In this document: positions 1 through 9,251 of the stretch, in pieces
How positions within the stretch are numbered: position 1 is the first letter of the stretch
Layout of the letters: each line of letters begins with the position of its first letter
From: SAR86 cluster bacterium
GTDB lineage: Bacteria; Pseudomonadota; Gammaproteobacteria; Magnimaribacterales; D2472
DNA length: 64,000 nucleotides
Reading direction: 5' to 3'
Assembly: GCA_018607365.1 (NCBI GenBank)
Contig: JABBBT010000015.1
Location: 15,733 to 79,732, forward strand
Position numbers and translations under genes: made by a program
Notes under the pieces: model-generated
What the model saw: only the letters and a program-made list of their open reading frames with translations
Databases searched by the model: none
What the model was told of the DNA's origin: nothing

Positions 1-850
1 TTCTCTTTTATCTTTATTAGTCAAAGATGGAAATCACCAGGTAGTTATAAAAGATATTAATAATAAATATCACTTTAATGGCTCATTCCACAATGCTAGC
101 TGCTTAATTAGAGAATTAGATAATTTACCATCAAAATATATGGAGTTTGTGAAAGAAGAGAAGGATTTAATACTAGATATTTTTGAAGTTGTATTTGATC
201 ATAAATCTTTTACAGGGAGGTCTGGTACTTTTTATGGTTATGAGGGACTAGGGTCAATTTATTGGCATATGGTATCAAAGTTATTATTAGCCTCAGCAGA
301 AGTTACTCAAGCTTCTATTGATAAAAATATTGATTCAAAAACAATAGGACGATTATTTGATCATTATTTTGAAATAAATGAAGGAATAGGTGTTAACAAG
401 TCTCCAGAACTATATGGAGCCTTTCCAACCGATCCCTACTCTCACACTCCAAGAGGTAGAGGTGTTCAACAGCCAGGAATGACAGGACAAGTAAAAGAGG
501 ATGTCATTAGCAGATTTTATGAGTTAGGTTTTTTTGTTGATAATGGAAAGATTAGTTTTGAACCAACTTTATTGCGCAAAAATGAATTTATGGCTGAAGA
601 AAAATCTTTTAAATTTGTAAATCTAAATAATGAAATTGAATACATGCCTATAGGATCAAATTCATTAGCTTATACGATTTGCCAAGTGCCAGTAATCTAT
701 AGTCTGTCTAATAAAGAAGATATAAAAATTATTTCAATGAACGGTTCTGAGGAAACTGTAAATGGCTATCAGCTAAACTTTGAAAGTTCACAAAATATAT
801 TTAATAGAACAAATTTAATAAAGGCGTTGCATGTAAGCGTTAAAAAATGA
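1..850 (+). CDS. Hypothetical protein, 5'-truncated by the window edge (C-terminal ~283 codons)
   Basis: Frame 2 is open from nt 2 into the listed ORF 140..850. Its stop overlaps the next start (ATGA at 847-850). No motif I can name. First gene of a co-directional glucanase/transporter cluster. Confidence 0.6.
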   Translation, partial: SLLSLLVKDGNHQVVIKDINNKYHFNGSFHNASCLIRELDNLPSKYMEFVKEEKDLILDIFEVVFDHKSFTGRSGTFYGYEGLGSIYWHMVSKLLLASAEVTQASIDKNIDSKTIGRLFDHYFEINEGIGVNKSPELYGAFPTDPYSHTPRGRGVQQPGMTGQVKEDVISRFYELGFFVDNGKISFEPTLLRKNEFMAEEKSFKFVNLNNEIEYMPIGSNSLAYTICQVPVIYSLSNKEDIKIISMNGSEETVNGYQLNFESSQNIFNRTNLIKALHVSVKK

Positions 851-2082
851 AGAAATTACTTCTCATTTCTTTTTTTTTAATAGCTTCATGTAGTAAATCT
901 GGAGATTTGGTTATGAGCAAGAACGCAAAAGATATTATTGGTAATAACAATTATCCTGCTATTTCTTATGGTGGTTACAGAGGAAAATCTCGTGAGGTCC
1001 AGCCTTCAATTGAGGATATCAAAGAAGATCTTCAGATAATGTTTGCTCAAGGCTTTAGGGTTATTAGGACGTATGACCTTCATCATCCTTTTGCTGAAAA
1101 TACGCTAAAAGCAATTAGTGAACTTAAGAGCTCGGATTCAGATTTTGAAATGTATGTGATGCTAGGCGCATGGGTTCAGTGCAAGGATGCATTTACAGAT
1201 CTACCAATTCATAATGAAGAAGATTTAGAGGGTAATAAAGTTGAAATAGCAGAGGCTGTTAGATTGGCTCAAGACTATCAAGATATCGTAAAGGTCATTG
1301 CTGTTGGCAATGAGGCTATGGTGCATTGGGCAACAAGTTATTATTTAGAACCAAAATATATTTTAAAATGGGTAAAGTATCTTCAAGATCTTAAAATTAA
1401 TGGAACTATTAATAATAATATATGGATAACAAGTTCTGATAATTTCGCATCTTGGGGTGGTGGTTCAGAGGAATATCATAATGACGACCTAGATGAATTA
1501 ATAAGGTCTGTAGATTATGTATCTATGCATACCTATGCATTCCATGATACTTATTACAATCCAGTCTTTTGGAATCTGTCTGGTGGTTCAGAAGACTTAA
1601 GTAAAAAAGATATTATTAAAAACGCCATACAAAAATCTGTTGAGTATGAGCTTAGTCAATTCAACAGTGTTCAAGAATATATTCATGGTATTGATTCATC
1701 AAAGCAAGTTCATATTGGAGAAACAGGATGGTCAAGTGTAGCTTCAGATCTATATGGTTATGGTGGTACGGAAGCGGCAGACGAATACAAGCTGGGACTA
1801 TACTATAAGATGATTACCGATGCTTGTGTAGCGAAATCAATTTCTTGTTTTTATTTTTCTGCATTTGATGAGCCATGGAAAGACTCACAAAATGAAAATG
1901 GCTCTGAAAATCACTTTGGACTTTTTACTGTTCATGGCGAAGCAAAATATCCTTTATGGGAAAAAGTAGATCAAAATGTATTTGATGGTTTGTCTAGAGG
2001 GGGCTACCCTATTAAAAAAACTTTTAATGGCGATTTTGATGCTTTATTAGAGACTTCAAACCTACCTCCAATTAATCAATAA
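847..2082 (+). CDS. Exported lipoprotein, glycoside hydrolase family 17-like (beta-1,3-glucanase/transglycosylase)
   Basis: Signal peptide plus lipobox (FLIASC). GH17-style motifs AVGNEAM (acid/base Glu) and HIGETGWSS (nucleophile Glu). Confidence 0.8.
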   Translation: MKKLLLISFFLIASCSKSGDLVMSKNAKDIIGNNNYPAISYGGYRGKSREVQPSIEDIKEDLQIMFAQGFRVIRTYDLHHPFAENTLKAISELKSSDSDFEMYVMLGAWVQCKDAFTDLPIHNEEDLEGNKVEIAEAVRLAQDYQDIVKVIAVGNEAMVHWATSYYLEPKYILKWVKYLQDLKINGTINNNIWITSSDNFASWGGGSEEYHNDDLDELIRSVDYVSMHTYAFHDTYYNPVFWNLSGGSEDLSKKDIIKNAIQKSVEYELSQFNSVQEYIHGIDSSKQVHIGETGWSSVASDLYGYGGTEAADEYKLGLYYKMITDACVAKSISCFYFSAFDEPWKDSQNENGSENHFGLFTVHGEAKYPLWEKVDQNVFDGLSRGGYPIKKTFNGDFDALLETSNLPPINQ

Positions 2083-2087
2083 TAATT

Positions 2088-3083
2088 ATGAAAACTTTTT
2101 TACAATTTCTTTTTTTAATATTTGTAGTTTCAGCACATTCTATTGAAGTTACGATCTCTAACAATACTTTGCTTGTAAATAATAACCCATTTTATATGAA
2201 GGGGATTTGTTATCACCCAGTTGAAATTGGAAAAACAAAAAGAAACTTTATAAACTTGGAAGAAGATTTATCACTCATGAAAGAGGCTGGTATAAATACT
2301 GTTAGAGTCTATGAGCCTATTGATGATATAGCAGTCTTAGATCAATTTAAAAAAGCTGGAATTAAGGTTGTTATTAGTTTTGGATATAACCAACAAGGTA
2401 AATTCGATATCGTTTCAGGTACTTTTATTAACTACATCAGAAAATATAAAAATCATGATGCAATTTTAATGTGGGAGCTTGGAAATGAATATAACTATAA
2501 TCCACAATGGTTTAGTGGGGATATAAATAATTGGTATAAATCCATGGAACTTGTTTCTCAGATTATACAAATAGAAGATCCAAGTAGGCTGGTCTCTAGT
2601 GCACATGGCGATCTGCCAAGTAAAGATGCTCTTAAAATAGCATCCAGTATCAATGTTTGGGGTATGAATGTTTATAGGTGGGATGAGCCGGCATCTATAT
2701 TTGAAGAGTGGGAGAAACTTAGTAAAAAACCTATGTATTTTGCTGAGATTGGAGCTGATAGTTTCATGACAAAATCAACATCTAAATACAATAAAGGCGA
2801 AAATCAACAAGCCCAAGCTGACGCCAATAAAAAAATTATTAGCGATGTATTAAATAATTCAGATAAGAATATTGGCTCTTTTATTTTTCAATTCACAGAT
2901 GGTTTATGGAAAGCAGGAAATCCAAGTGAACAAGATACTGGTGGATCAGCTCCTAATAGCGATGGAACACCATATGACGGCACTGCAAATGAAGAGTACT
3001 GGGGCATAGTAGATATAAATAGAAATAAAAAAATAACTTTTGATGTGATAAAAAATTCTTATACAAATTTTGAAATTAATTAA
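2088..3083 (+). CDS. Secreted (beta/alpha)8 clan GH-A glycoside hydrolase (GH5/GH72-like, family not resolved)
   Basis: N-terminal signal peptide. Motifs GINTVRVYEP, MWELGNEYNY (acid/base-like NE) and YFAEIGADS (nucleophile-like E). Lies 5 nt after the upstream gene. Confidence 0.6.
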   Translation: MKTFLQFLFLIFVVSAHSIEVTISNNTLLVNNNPFYMKGICYHPVEIGKTKRNFINLEEDLSLMKEAGINTVRVYEPIDDIAVLDQFKKAGIKVVISFGYNQQGKFDIVSGTFINYIRKYKNHDAILMWELGNEYNYNPQWFSGDINNWYKSMELVSQIIQIEDPSRLVSSAHGDLPSKDALKIASSINVWGMNVYRWDEPASIFEEWEKLSKKPMYFAEIGADSFMTKSTSKYNKGENQQAQADANKKIISDVLNNSDKNIGSFIFQFTDGLWKAGNPSEQDTGGSAPNSDGTPYDGTANEEYWGIVDINRNKKITFDVIKNSYTNFEIN

Positions 3084-3109
3084 CTATATGAATCCAGGGG
3101 GGATTTCAT

Positions 3110-4540
3110 ATGAATAACGTAGAAAATATAACTAATAGCGTTTCGTTGGGCCAGAAAATAGCATTTGGTCTTGGAATGTTAGCCAATCAACTTTTTCCAG
3201 CATTACTATCAATATTTATTGTTGTGTTAATCCAAGATCTTGGATTTAATCCACTATTGTATGGGGTTATTGCTTTTGTACCTAGATTTATTGATGCTTT
3301 AACAGATCCATTAATGGGTTTTATATCTGATAATACAAAATCTAAATGGGGTAAAAGACGGCAGTATGTTTTTGTTGGCGGCATATTAACAGGCATCGCA
3401 TTCATATTATCTTGGCAGCTTTATCCTGAAAATGGTGAGACTTATAATTTTTGGTATTTCTTAATATTTAATTTAATTTTTTATCTTGGTATTACAATTT
3501 TTGGTGTGCCATTTGTAGCTATGGGTTATGAAATGAGTGACAATTTTCATGAAAGAACTCAAATCATGGCAGTGTCTCAATTTATAGGTCAATTTGCATG
3601 GGTTCTTGCTCCATGGATTTGGATTATTATTTATGATCCTAATATTTTTGTCGATGCTGCAACAGGAACACGAACTCTCTCAATTATATTTGGTGTGTTG
3701 TGCACTTTACTTGCAATAATTCCTGCTATTTTTATTAAGAGTAAATCAACACTTAACGATGATCATTTAGTTCCTCTTACAAGAGACAATGCTGGAAAGA
3801 GTATTATTAATATTTTTTATATATTTGGAGATGCATGGAAAAACATCCCATTTAGAAAACTATGTATTGCAACCTTTTTAGTTTTTAATTCCTTTCAGAC
3901 CATTGCTGCATTCTCATTCTTTATTATTGTGCACTATCTATTTTCTGGAGATGCATCGGCAGCAGGTATATGGCCTGCAATGCATGGAAGTGTTGGTGCT
4001 ATTGTTACCACGTTTCTAGTAATACCCTTGGTATCAAAAATGGCTCAGTCATATGGAAAAAAAGAAACTTTTATAATCTCCCAATGCATATCAATTATTG
4101 GATATGTCCTATTTTGGTTTTTGTTTGTTCCAGGTAAGCCATATATGTTTTTATTTGCTCTGCCTTTCTTCTCATTTGGAATTGGTGGGCTATTTACTTT
4201 AATGATGAGTATGACAGCAGATGCTTGTGATTATGAGGAATTAAGAAAAGGTCTCCCAAGAAAAGAAGGGTCATTTGGAGCAATATATTGGTGGATGATA
4301 AAGCTTGGTACTGCGCTTGCAGGACTTTTATCAGGTTTTATTATGTACTACGTTGGTTTTGCAGGTGATGCTTCAACACAGCCTGAAGGAGCTCTTACTG
4401 GTCTTAGAATCGCTTACTCAACAATACCAGTTGTAGGAACACTATTTGCTATTTATGTAATGCGTGACTACGAGATAGATGAACAAAGAGCAGCTGAAAT
4501 TAAAAAACAATTAAGTCAAAGAAACGAAGGAGCAAATTAA
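3110..4540 (+). CDS. Glycoside-pentoside-hexuronide (GPH)/MFS family sugar:cation symporter
   Basis: About 12 predicted TM segments. GPH signature DPLMGFISDNTKSKWGKRRQY in loop 2-3. SD-like GGGGGA lies upstream of the ATG. Confidence 0.8.
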   Translation: MNNVENITNSVSLGQKIAFGLGMLANQLFPALLSIFIVVLIQDLGFNPLLYGVIAFVPRFIDALTDPLMGFISDNTKSKWGKRRQYVFVGGILTGIAFILSWQLYPENGETYNFWYFLIFNLIFYLGITIFGVPFVAMGYEMSDNFHERTQIMAVSQFIGQFAWVLAPWIWIIIYDPNIFVDAATGTRTLSIIFGVLCTLLAIIPAIFIKSKSTLNDDHLVPLTRDNAGKSIINIFYIFGDAWKNIPFRKLCIATFLVFNSFQTIAAFSFFIIVHYLFSGDASAAGIWPAMHGSVGAIVTTFLVIPLVSKMAQSYGKKETFIISQCISIIGYVLFWFLFVPGKPYMFLFALPFFSFGIGGLFTLMMSMTADACDYEELRKGLPRKEGSFGAIYWWMIKLGTALAGLLSGFIMYYVGFAGDASTQPEGALTGLRIAYSTIPVVGTLFAIYVMRDYEIDEQRAAEIKKQLSQRNEGAN

Positions 4541-4541
4541 A

Positions 4542-5426
4542 ATGTCTTTGAGAGATGAAAAAATTAAATCATTACTTGGGATAAATCTAGATAGTCTTTC
4601 TGAGGATGAATTGAAAGAACTCAGTAGTGAAATTCTTGAAAGCAAAATCCACGGAATATGTTTTAGTTTATATGAAGATGAACAACAGCCAGGTGATTTT
4701 GTATCTGATGAGCAGATCAAAAGAAGATTAAGTATATTAAAGCCTTACACAAACTGGATTAGAACATTTTCTTCAACTGATGAGCATGCAAGGATTGCTC
4801 AAATAGCTGTTGATATGGGTTTTAAAACATTAGTTGGAGCTTGGCTTAGCGATGACCTAAAAAGTAATGATAATGAAATAGAGGGCCTATTAAAACTTGC
4901 TTCAAAAGGGTTAGTAAATATTGCTGCTGTTGGAAATGAAGTTATTTATAGAAAAGAACTATCTGAAGATGAGCTCATCTCTTATATAGATTATGTAAAA
5001 GAAAATATAAACAACATACCTGTTGGTTATGTTGATGCCTACTATGAGTTTAGAGATAGGCCTAATATAACAAATGCTTGTGATGTTATTCTTGCTAACT
5101 GTTACCCATTTTGGGAAGGGTGCGCATCAGAGTATTCTTTACTCTATATGAAAGATATGTTTCAAGAGGCAACAAAGGCTGCTAATGGTAAAAAAGTTAT
5201 AATTACTGAAACGGGTTGGCCTAGTGCTGGAAGTGACCTGTGGGGTGCACATCCATCTTATAAAAACTATTTACAATATTTTATTAATACACAGCTTTGG
5301 TCCAAGAATAATAATATTGATATTTTTTATTTTTCATCTTTTGATGAATCTTGGAAAGTTGATAGTGAAGGTGATGTTGGAGCTTATTGGGGTTTATGGA
5401 ACAAAGATGAAGTGCGTAAGTTTTAA
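4542..5426 (+). CDS. Cytoplasmic GH17-like beta-1,3-glucanase (no signal peptide)
   Basis: Motifs AAVGNEVIY and ITETGWPSAG, plus FYFSSFDESWK, which is shared with the 847..2082 paralogue. Starts 1 nt after the transporter stop. Confidence 0.8.
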   Translation: MSLRDEKIKSLLGINLDSLSEDELKELSSEILESKIHGICFSLYEDEQQPGDFVSDEQIKRRLSILKPYTNWIRTFSSTDEHARIAQIAVDMGFKTLVGAWLSDDLKSNDNEIEGLLKLASKGLVNIAAVGNEVIYRKELSEDELISYIDYVKENINNIPVGYVDAYYEFRDRPNITNACDVILANCYPFWEGCASEYSLLYMKDMFQEATKAANGKKVIITETGWPSAGSDLWGAHPSYKNYLQYFINTQLWSKNNNIDIFYFSSFDESWKVDSEGDVGAYWGLWNKDEVRKF

Positions 5427-5488
5427 GTTGAAATATTAATTTTCTTTTATTCTCATTTTAGTATTTTTGTGTATAATTCCACTCTATT

Positions 5489-5683
5489 ATGGCAGATAAA
5501 AAACAAACAAAAGTATACTTAATTCCTGAAGGCGAAACTCGTGATAGCCATACCTATCATTACACAGCTATCAAGACTAGGAAATTTACTCTTGAAAATA
5601 AAAAGATGAGACTTAAAAAATTCAATCCTGCTAAACGAGTTCATGAATGGTTTGTTGAAGCCAAGCTTCCACCACATAATTAG
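5489..5683 (+). CDS. rpmG: Ribosomal protein L33-like, divergent and Cys-less, standalone
   Basis: By-eye alignment of HYTAIKTRKFTLENKKMRLKKFNPAKRVHEWFVEAKL with the canonical L33 core [42 protein letters not shown] sits at 5472-5477. No rpmB is adjacent. Confidence 0.55.
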   Translation: MADKKQTKVYLIPEGETRDSHTYHYTAIKTRKFTLENKKMRLKKFNPAKRVHEWFVEAKLPPHN

Positions 5684-5687
5684 AATC

Positions 5688-6791
5688 TTATTCCTCCAAT
5701 CTTAACTCTGTTGAAGAGATATCATCTCTAAAACTACCTTCTTCAAATCCAGTGCATCTACTTTTGATATTAGATGGGATGATAATATCTCTAAGCGAGA
5801 TAAATTTATTATTGACCTTTCTACCAAAGACTAGAAAGTTAATATTGTGATCATTAAACCTATCAATATGATCAATCATATCTTTTTTATTTGAATAAAA
5901 TTTTTCATCAAATACTCTCATCAACGTATCAGCTCCAATAATAAAAACAGAGTTAGGAAACATTTCTGCTTTTTCACTAAACCTTCCCGCTGACGTCATT
6001 ACCCAGCTATCATTTTCAGTAAATTGATCTAGAGTTCTTTTAATTTCATGAAATGTTAAGGGCGGCTTATCAGCATTCCTTGCACATATTTCAAATGTTG
6101 CCCTCATTCCTGTCTTTTTTTCAGCCAATTCTCTCATTCTTAAGTGTCCATCATGCAGTGGATTAAAAGATCCAGGAAAAATTAATTCCGGGACGGATCT
6201 ATCGCTTGAAACATAGTTAACATCATTGTTGAGTAATTTTTTCCAAGATTTTTCTGCTTTAACAATATGAATAACTGGAATCTCATCATGGGAGGGCAAT
6301 GGTTTATCAATTCCACAACATTCAGCTAATAGGCATAGAACATATTCAGTTATAAGTTGCTCTTCTTCTTCTCTTGTTCTTGATCCCTTTATTAGCTTGC
6401 ATTCAACTGATTTTGTAAAAGATTCAGTTTGTACTGAAATATAAAACTTATGATCTCCAATTTTTGTATAGGTTGTTGCAAGACTAGCGGTTACAGAGAT
6501 CCCTATAAAGTATTTTTTTTTATATTCATTGTCAATTTGTAAGCATTTTTTATATGCGTTTGCTGCCATACTAAGAGATGTATTAAGGGAGCAATAATGA
6601 TCAGGCTTCCTATTAAGAAATAGATCCATTGATTTCTTTGAGTAAGGTATATATGACTCTAAAACTGTGTTACTTGCTCCAGGCACTTTTAATAATGATG
6701 AAATTGCATTTGTTCCACCACCACTTGAAACAAAAGTAATCTTATACTTAGATTCATGAATCTTTTGAATTAGTTTTATATTATTAGTCAC
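5688..6791 (-). CDS. Fusion protein: N-terminal CinA-C/PncC-like domain plus C-terminal NadD-like nucleotidyltransferase
   Basis: The N-terminal VSSGGGTNAISSLLKVPGASNTVLESYIPYS resembles the PncC ESCTGG...VPGSS...YSN motif. The C-terminus carries the (H/T)xGH motif GSFNPLHDGH and the terminal ISSTELR motif typical of NaMN/NMN adenylyltransferases. Confidence 0.6.
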   Translation of the reverse strand: MTNNIKLIQKIHESKYKITFVSSGGGTNAISSLLKVPGASNTVLESYIPYSKKSMDLFLNRKPDHYCSLNTSLSMAANAYKKCLQIDNEYKKKYFIGISVTASLATTYTKIGDHKFYISVQTESFTKSVECKLIKGSRTREEEEQLITEYVLCLLAECCGIDKPLPSHDEIPVIHIVKAEKSWKKLLNNDVNYVSSDRSVPELIFPGSFNPLHDGHLRMRELAEKKTGMRATFEICARNADKPPLTFHEIKRTLDQFTENDSWVMTSAGRFSEKAEMFPNSVFIIGADTLMRVFDEKFYSNKKDMIDHIDRFNDHNINFLVFGRKVNNKFISLRDIIIPSNIKSRCTGFEEGSFRDDISSTELRLEE

Positions 6792-6858
6792 TTATATTTT
6801 GCTGTATTTTTTTTAGTATTTTAACCTATTAAATATCAATCATTGATAGAATTGATTT

Positions 6859-7719
6859 ATGAAAAGCACTTTCTTATTTGTTTTAATTTTAATAGTTACA
6901 AATACAAATGTATTACATGCATCTGCAATTAATCAAATCACATATGCTTATTGGGACAAACCTGATGTAGAAATTTTTTATATTACACCAAAAAAAATAG
7001 ATAAAGATACACAGTTATTATTTGTTATTCACGGTAATAGCAGAAATGCTAAAGATTATATTTCAGCATGGATTCCATACGTTAGTAATAAAAATATTAT
7101 TGTAGTTGCGCCTCAATTTGATAAGAGTAATTTTAGATATTTTTTTCTTCTAGAGTCTGCAACGTCCTCAGGGTCAATAAATAATAATTCTGATGATTAT
7201 ATTAATAAATCAATATCATCTTTTTTCGATTTTTTCCAAAGTAAATTTTCATTATCAACTAATAAATATAAGATGTTTGGTCATTCAGCCGGTGCTCAAT
7301 TCACCCACAGATATATGTTGCTGAGTAATGATAAAAGAATTTCAAATGCTGTAGTTGCCAATGCTGGTTGGTATACATTCCTTAATGGAAATAATTTTCC
7401 GTATGGAATTAAAAATACACCAATAGATATATCAAGCGAGCACATCAAATGGTTTATGTCCAATAGAACCTCTTTGTTAATAGGAGACAGTGACGTTAAT
7501 TTAAAGAGTGTTAATTCATCCAAAGGAGCTCAAAAACAAGGCATCACAAGGGTTGATAGAGCAAATAGTTTTTTTGAGTCATTGATAAATATTTCTGATA
7601 ATAACAATATTCCATTTAGATGGGGTTATAAGGTTGTTGATAATGCAGGCCATGACTATCTGAAGATGACTCCTGTAGCAGCAAAAATACTATTAGAGGA
7701 TGTTAATTCCTTTGATTAA
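6859..7719 (+). CDS. Secreted alpha/beta-hydrolase (esterase/depolymerase-like)
   Basis: Signal peptide (VLHASA). Nucleophile elbow GHSAGAQ. A late GHD motif is consistent with a catalytic His. Confidence 0.55.
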   Translation: MKSTFLFVLILIVTNTNVLHASAINQITYAYWDKPDVEIFYITPKKIDKDTQLLFVIHGNSRNAKDYISAWIPYVSNKNIIVVAPQFDKSNFRYFFLLESATSSGSINNNSDDYINKSISSFFDFFQSKFSLSTNKYKMFGHSAGAQFTHRYMLLSNDKRISNAVVANAGWYTFLNGNNFPYGIKNTPIDISSEHIKWFMSNRTSLLIGDSDVNLKSVNSSKGAQKQGITRVDRANSFFESLINISDNNNIPFRWGYKVVDNAGHDYLKMTPVAAKILLEDVNSFD

Positions 7720-9212
7720 TTTGTATTATTTTCAATAAATTCTTCAGCTTTACTTAAGATTAATTTCTTTCTTTGAGGGTCTAATTTAGACAATGCATTC
7801 ACCATTAAAGATAGTCTTGGGTTACCTTTAAAAAAATTAAGGTTATTTTCTATAAATCTCCAGTAAAGACCATCAACAACATCACACCATTCACCTTTCT
7901 TATGATTTGACATTCTAAGCATATAGCTAGAACCACAAATGTATGGTTTTGTAGAGAATATCCCACCATCTGCAAAAGTTCCCATCCCATAAACATTCGG
8001 CACCATAACCCAGTCAGCTGAATCTATATACATTTCCATAAACCATTTGTAAATTTCATCAGGATGAATTCCTGAAAGATTCATTAGGTTTGAAATAATC
8101 ATTAACCTATTAATATGATGCGTATATCCAAGGTTATTAGATTCAATAATAGCAGTATCTAGAGGAGGTATGCCCGTCGAACCCATGTACCAGCTGTCTG
8201 TTAGATTTTTGCTATGAGACCAAAAATTGGCTTGCTTATATTGAGGCATGTTATCCCAATAAACTCCCATAATAAATTCTCTCCAACCTAGAATTTGCCT
8301 TATAAAACCTTCTACAGAATTAATTGGAATAGCGCCATTAGATTCAGTGTATTTATTTTCTGCTGCTTTAACGCACTCCATCGGGTCAAGAAGCCCAGCA
8401 TTAAAATATGGTGATAGCAAAGAATGGTACATAAATGGATCATCTTTATTAATAGCATCTTGAAAACTTCCATAATTAGGTAAGTAAATCTCTAGAAATT
8501 CAAGAAATAAACTCCAGGCATCTTCGTGAGTAACAGCCCAATTAAAATTTTCTAAGTCTCCAGGAGATGAATTAAACATCTCCTCAATTTCTATCATTAC
8601 CTCAACAGTTATAGAGTCAGTTTTGATTTTATTTCTTTGAGGAACTTCAGCTTTGAGTTGAGAGATGCCTTTTCTATTTTCTTTATCAAAATTCCACTTC
8701 TCTCCAAGAGGTTTCCCATTATCATCCATAAGGATATTAAATTTCTTTCGTAGCCACCTATAGTAATACTCTTGGATTGTTGTCTTTTTTCCCTCTGACC
8801 AGGCATCATAATCTTCTGTTGTTGATATAAATTTTTTATCATCAAAAACCTTCAAATTAATTTCATGTGACTGGCAGAAGTACATTAGGTCTTTAAGAGT
8901 TTTAAAATCTGATGGTTTTGCCACATAAAGATTATTAAAAGGGCTTTTCTTATGAAGAGAATCAAGATAATTAACAAGACTTAAACTTCTTTCCTTCTCA
9001 ATTTTTACGTGAATTAAATTATCATGTTTTAATAATTTTTTAAAATGCCTAAATGCACTTATTAAAAAGACAAGCTTATGTTTGTGATGAGAAATCTCAT
9101 AAAAAGTCTCTAATGGTTCATACAATAAAATTTGATCATCGCCTTGAATAACCTCAAGAACCTTATTATTAAGTGAAAGTTGATCGGGAAAAATTAAACC
9201 AATTGAGCTCAT
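7716..9212 (-). CDS. Cryptochrome/photolyase-related protein (COG3046 / bacterial (6-4) photolyase-like family)
   Basis: N-terminal IFPDQLS start, then a central FAD-binding-like region GWREFIMGVYW...HHINRLMIISN...DWVMVPNVYGM typical of this family. No CxxC is present. Confidence 0.7.
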   Translation of the reverse strand: MSSIGLIFPDQLSLNNKVLEVIQGDDQILLYEPLETFYEISHHKHKLVFLISAFRHFKKLLKHDNLIHVKIEKERSLSLVNYLDSLHKKSPFNNLYVAKPSDFKTLKDLMYFCQSHEINLKVFDDKKFISTTEDYDAWSEGKKTTIQEYYYRWLRKKFNILMDDNGKPLGEKWNFDKENRKGISQLKAEVPQRNKIKTDSITVEVMIEIEEMFNSSPGDLENFNWAVTHEDAWSLFLEFLEIYLPNYGSFQDAINKDDPFMYHSLLSPYFNAGLLDPMECVKAAENKYTESNGAIPINSVEGFIRQILGWREFIMGVYWDNMPQYKQANFWSHSKNLTDSWYMGSTGIPPLDTAIIESNNLGYTHHINRLMIISNLMNLSGIHPDEIYKWFMEMYIDSADWVMVPNVYGMGTFADGGIFSTKPYICGSSYMLRMSNHKKGEWCDVVDGLYWRFIENNLNFFKGNPRLSLMVNALSKLDPQRKKLILSKAEEFIENNTN

Positions 9213-9251
9213 TAATTAATAGTTTACAAGAAAATAATATTTTTAGATGCT

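Noticed and set aside
6835-6849. Perfect palindrome TATCAAT-C-ATTGATA 10 nt upstream of the alpha/beta-hydrolase ATG, considered as a Fur box
   Set aside because: Only about 10/19 positions match the GATAATGATAATCATTATC consensus when aligned on AATCATT. A 7-bp AT-rich palindrome is not unusual in this composition. It remains a possible operator but is unsupported.
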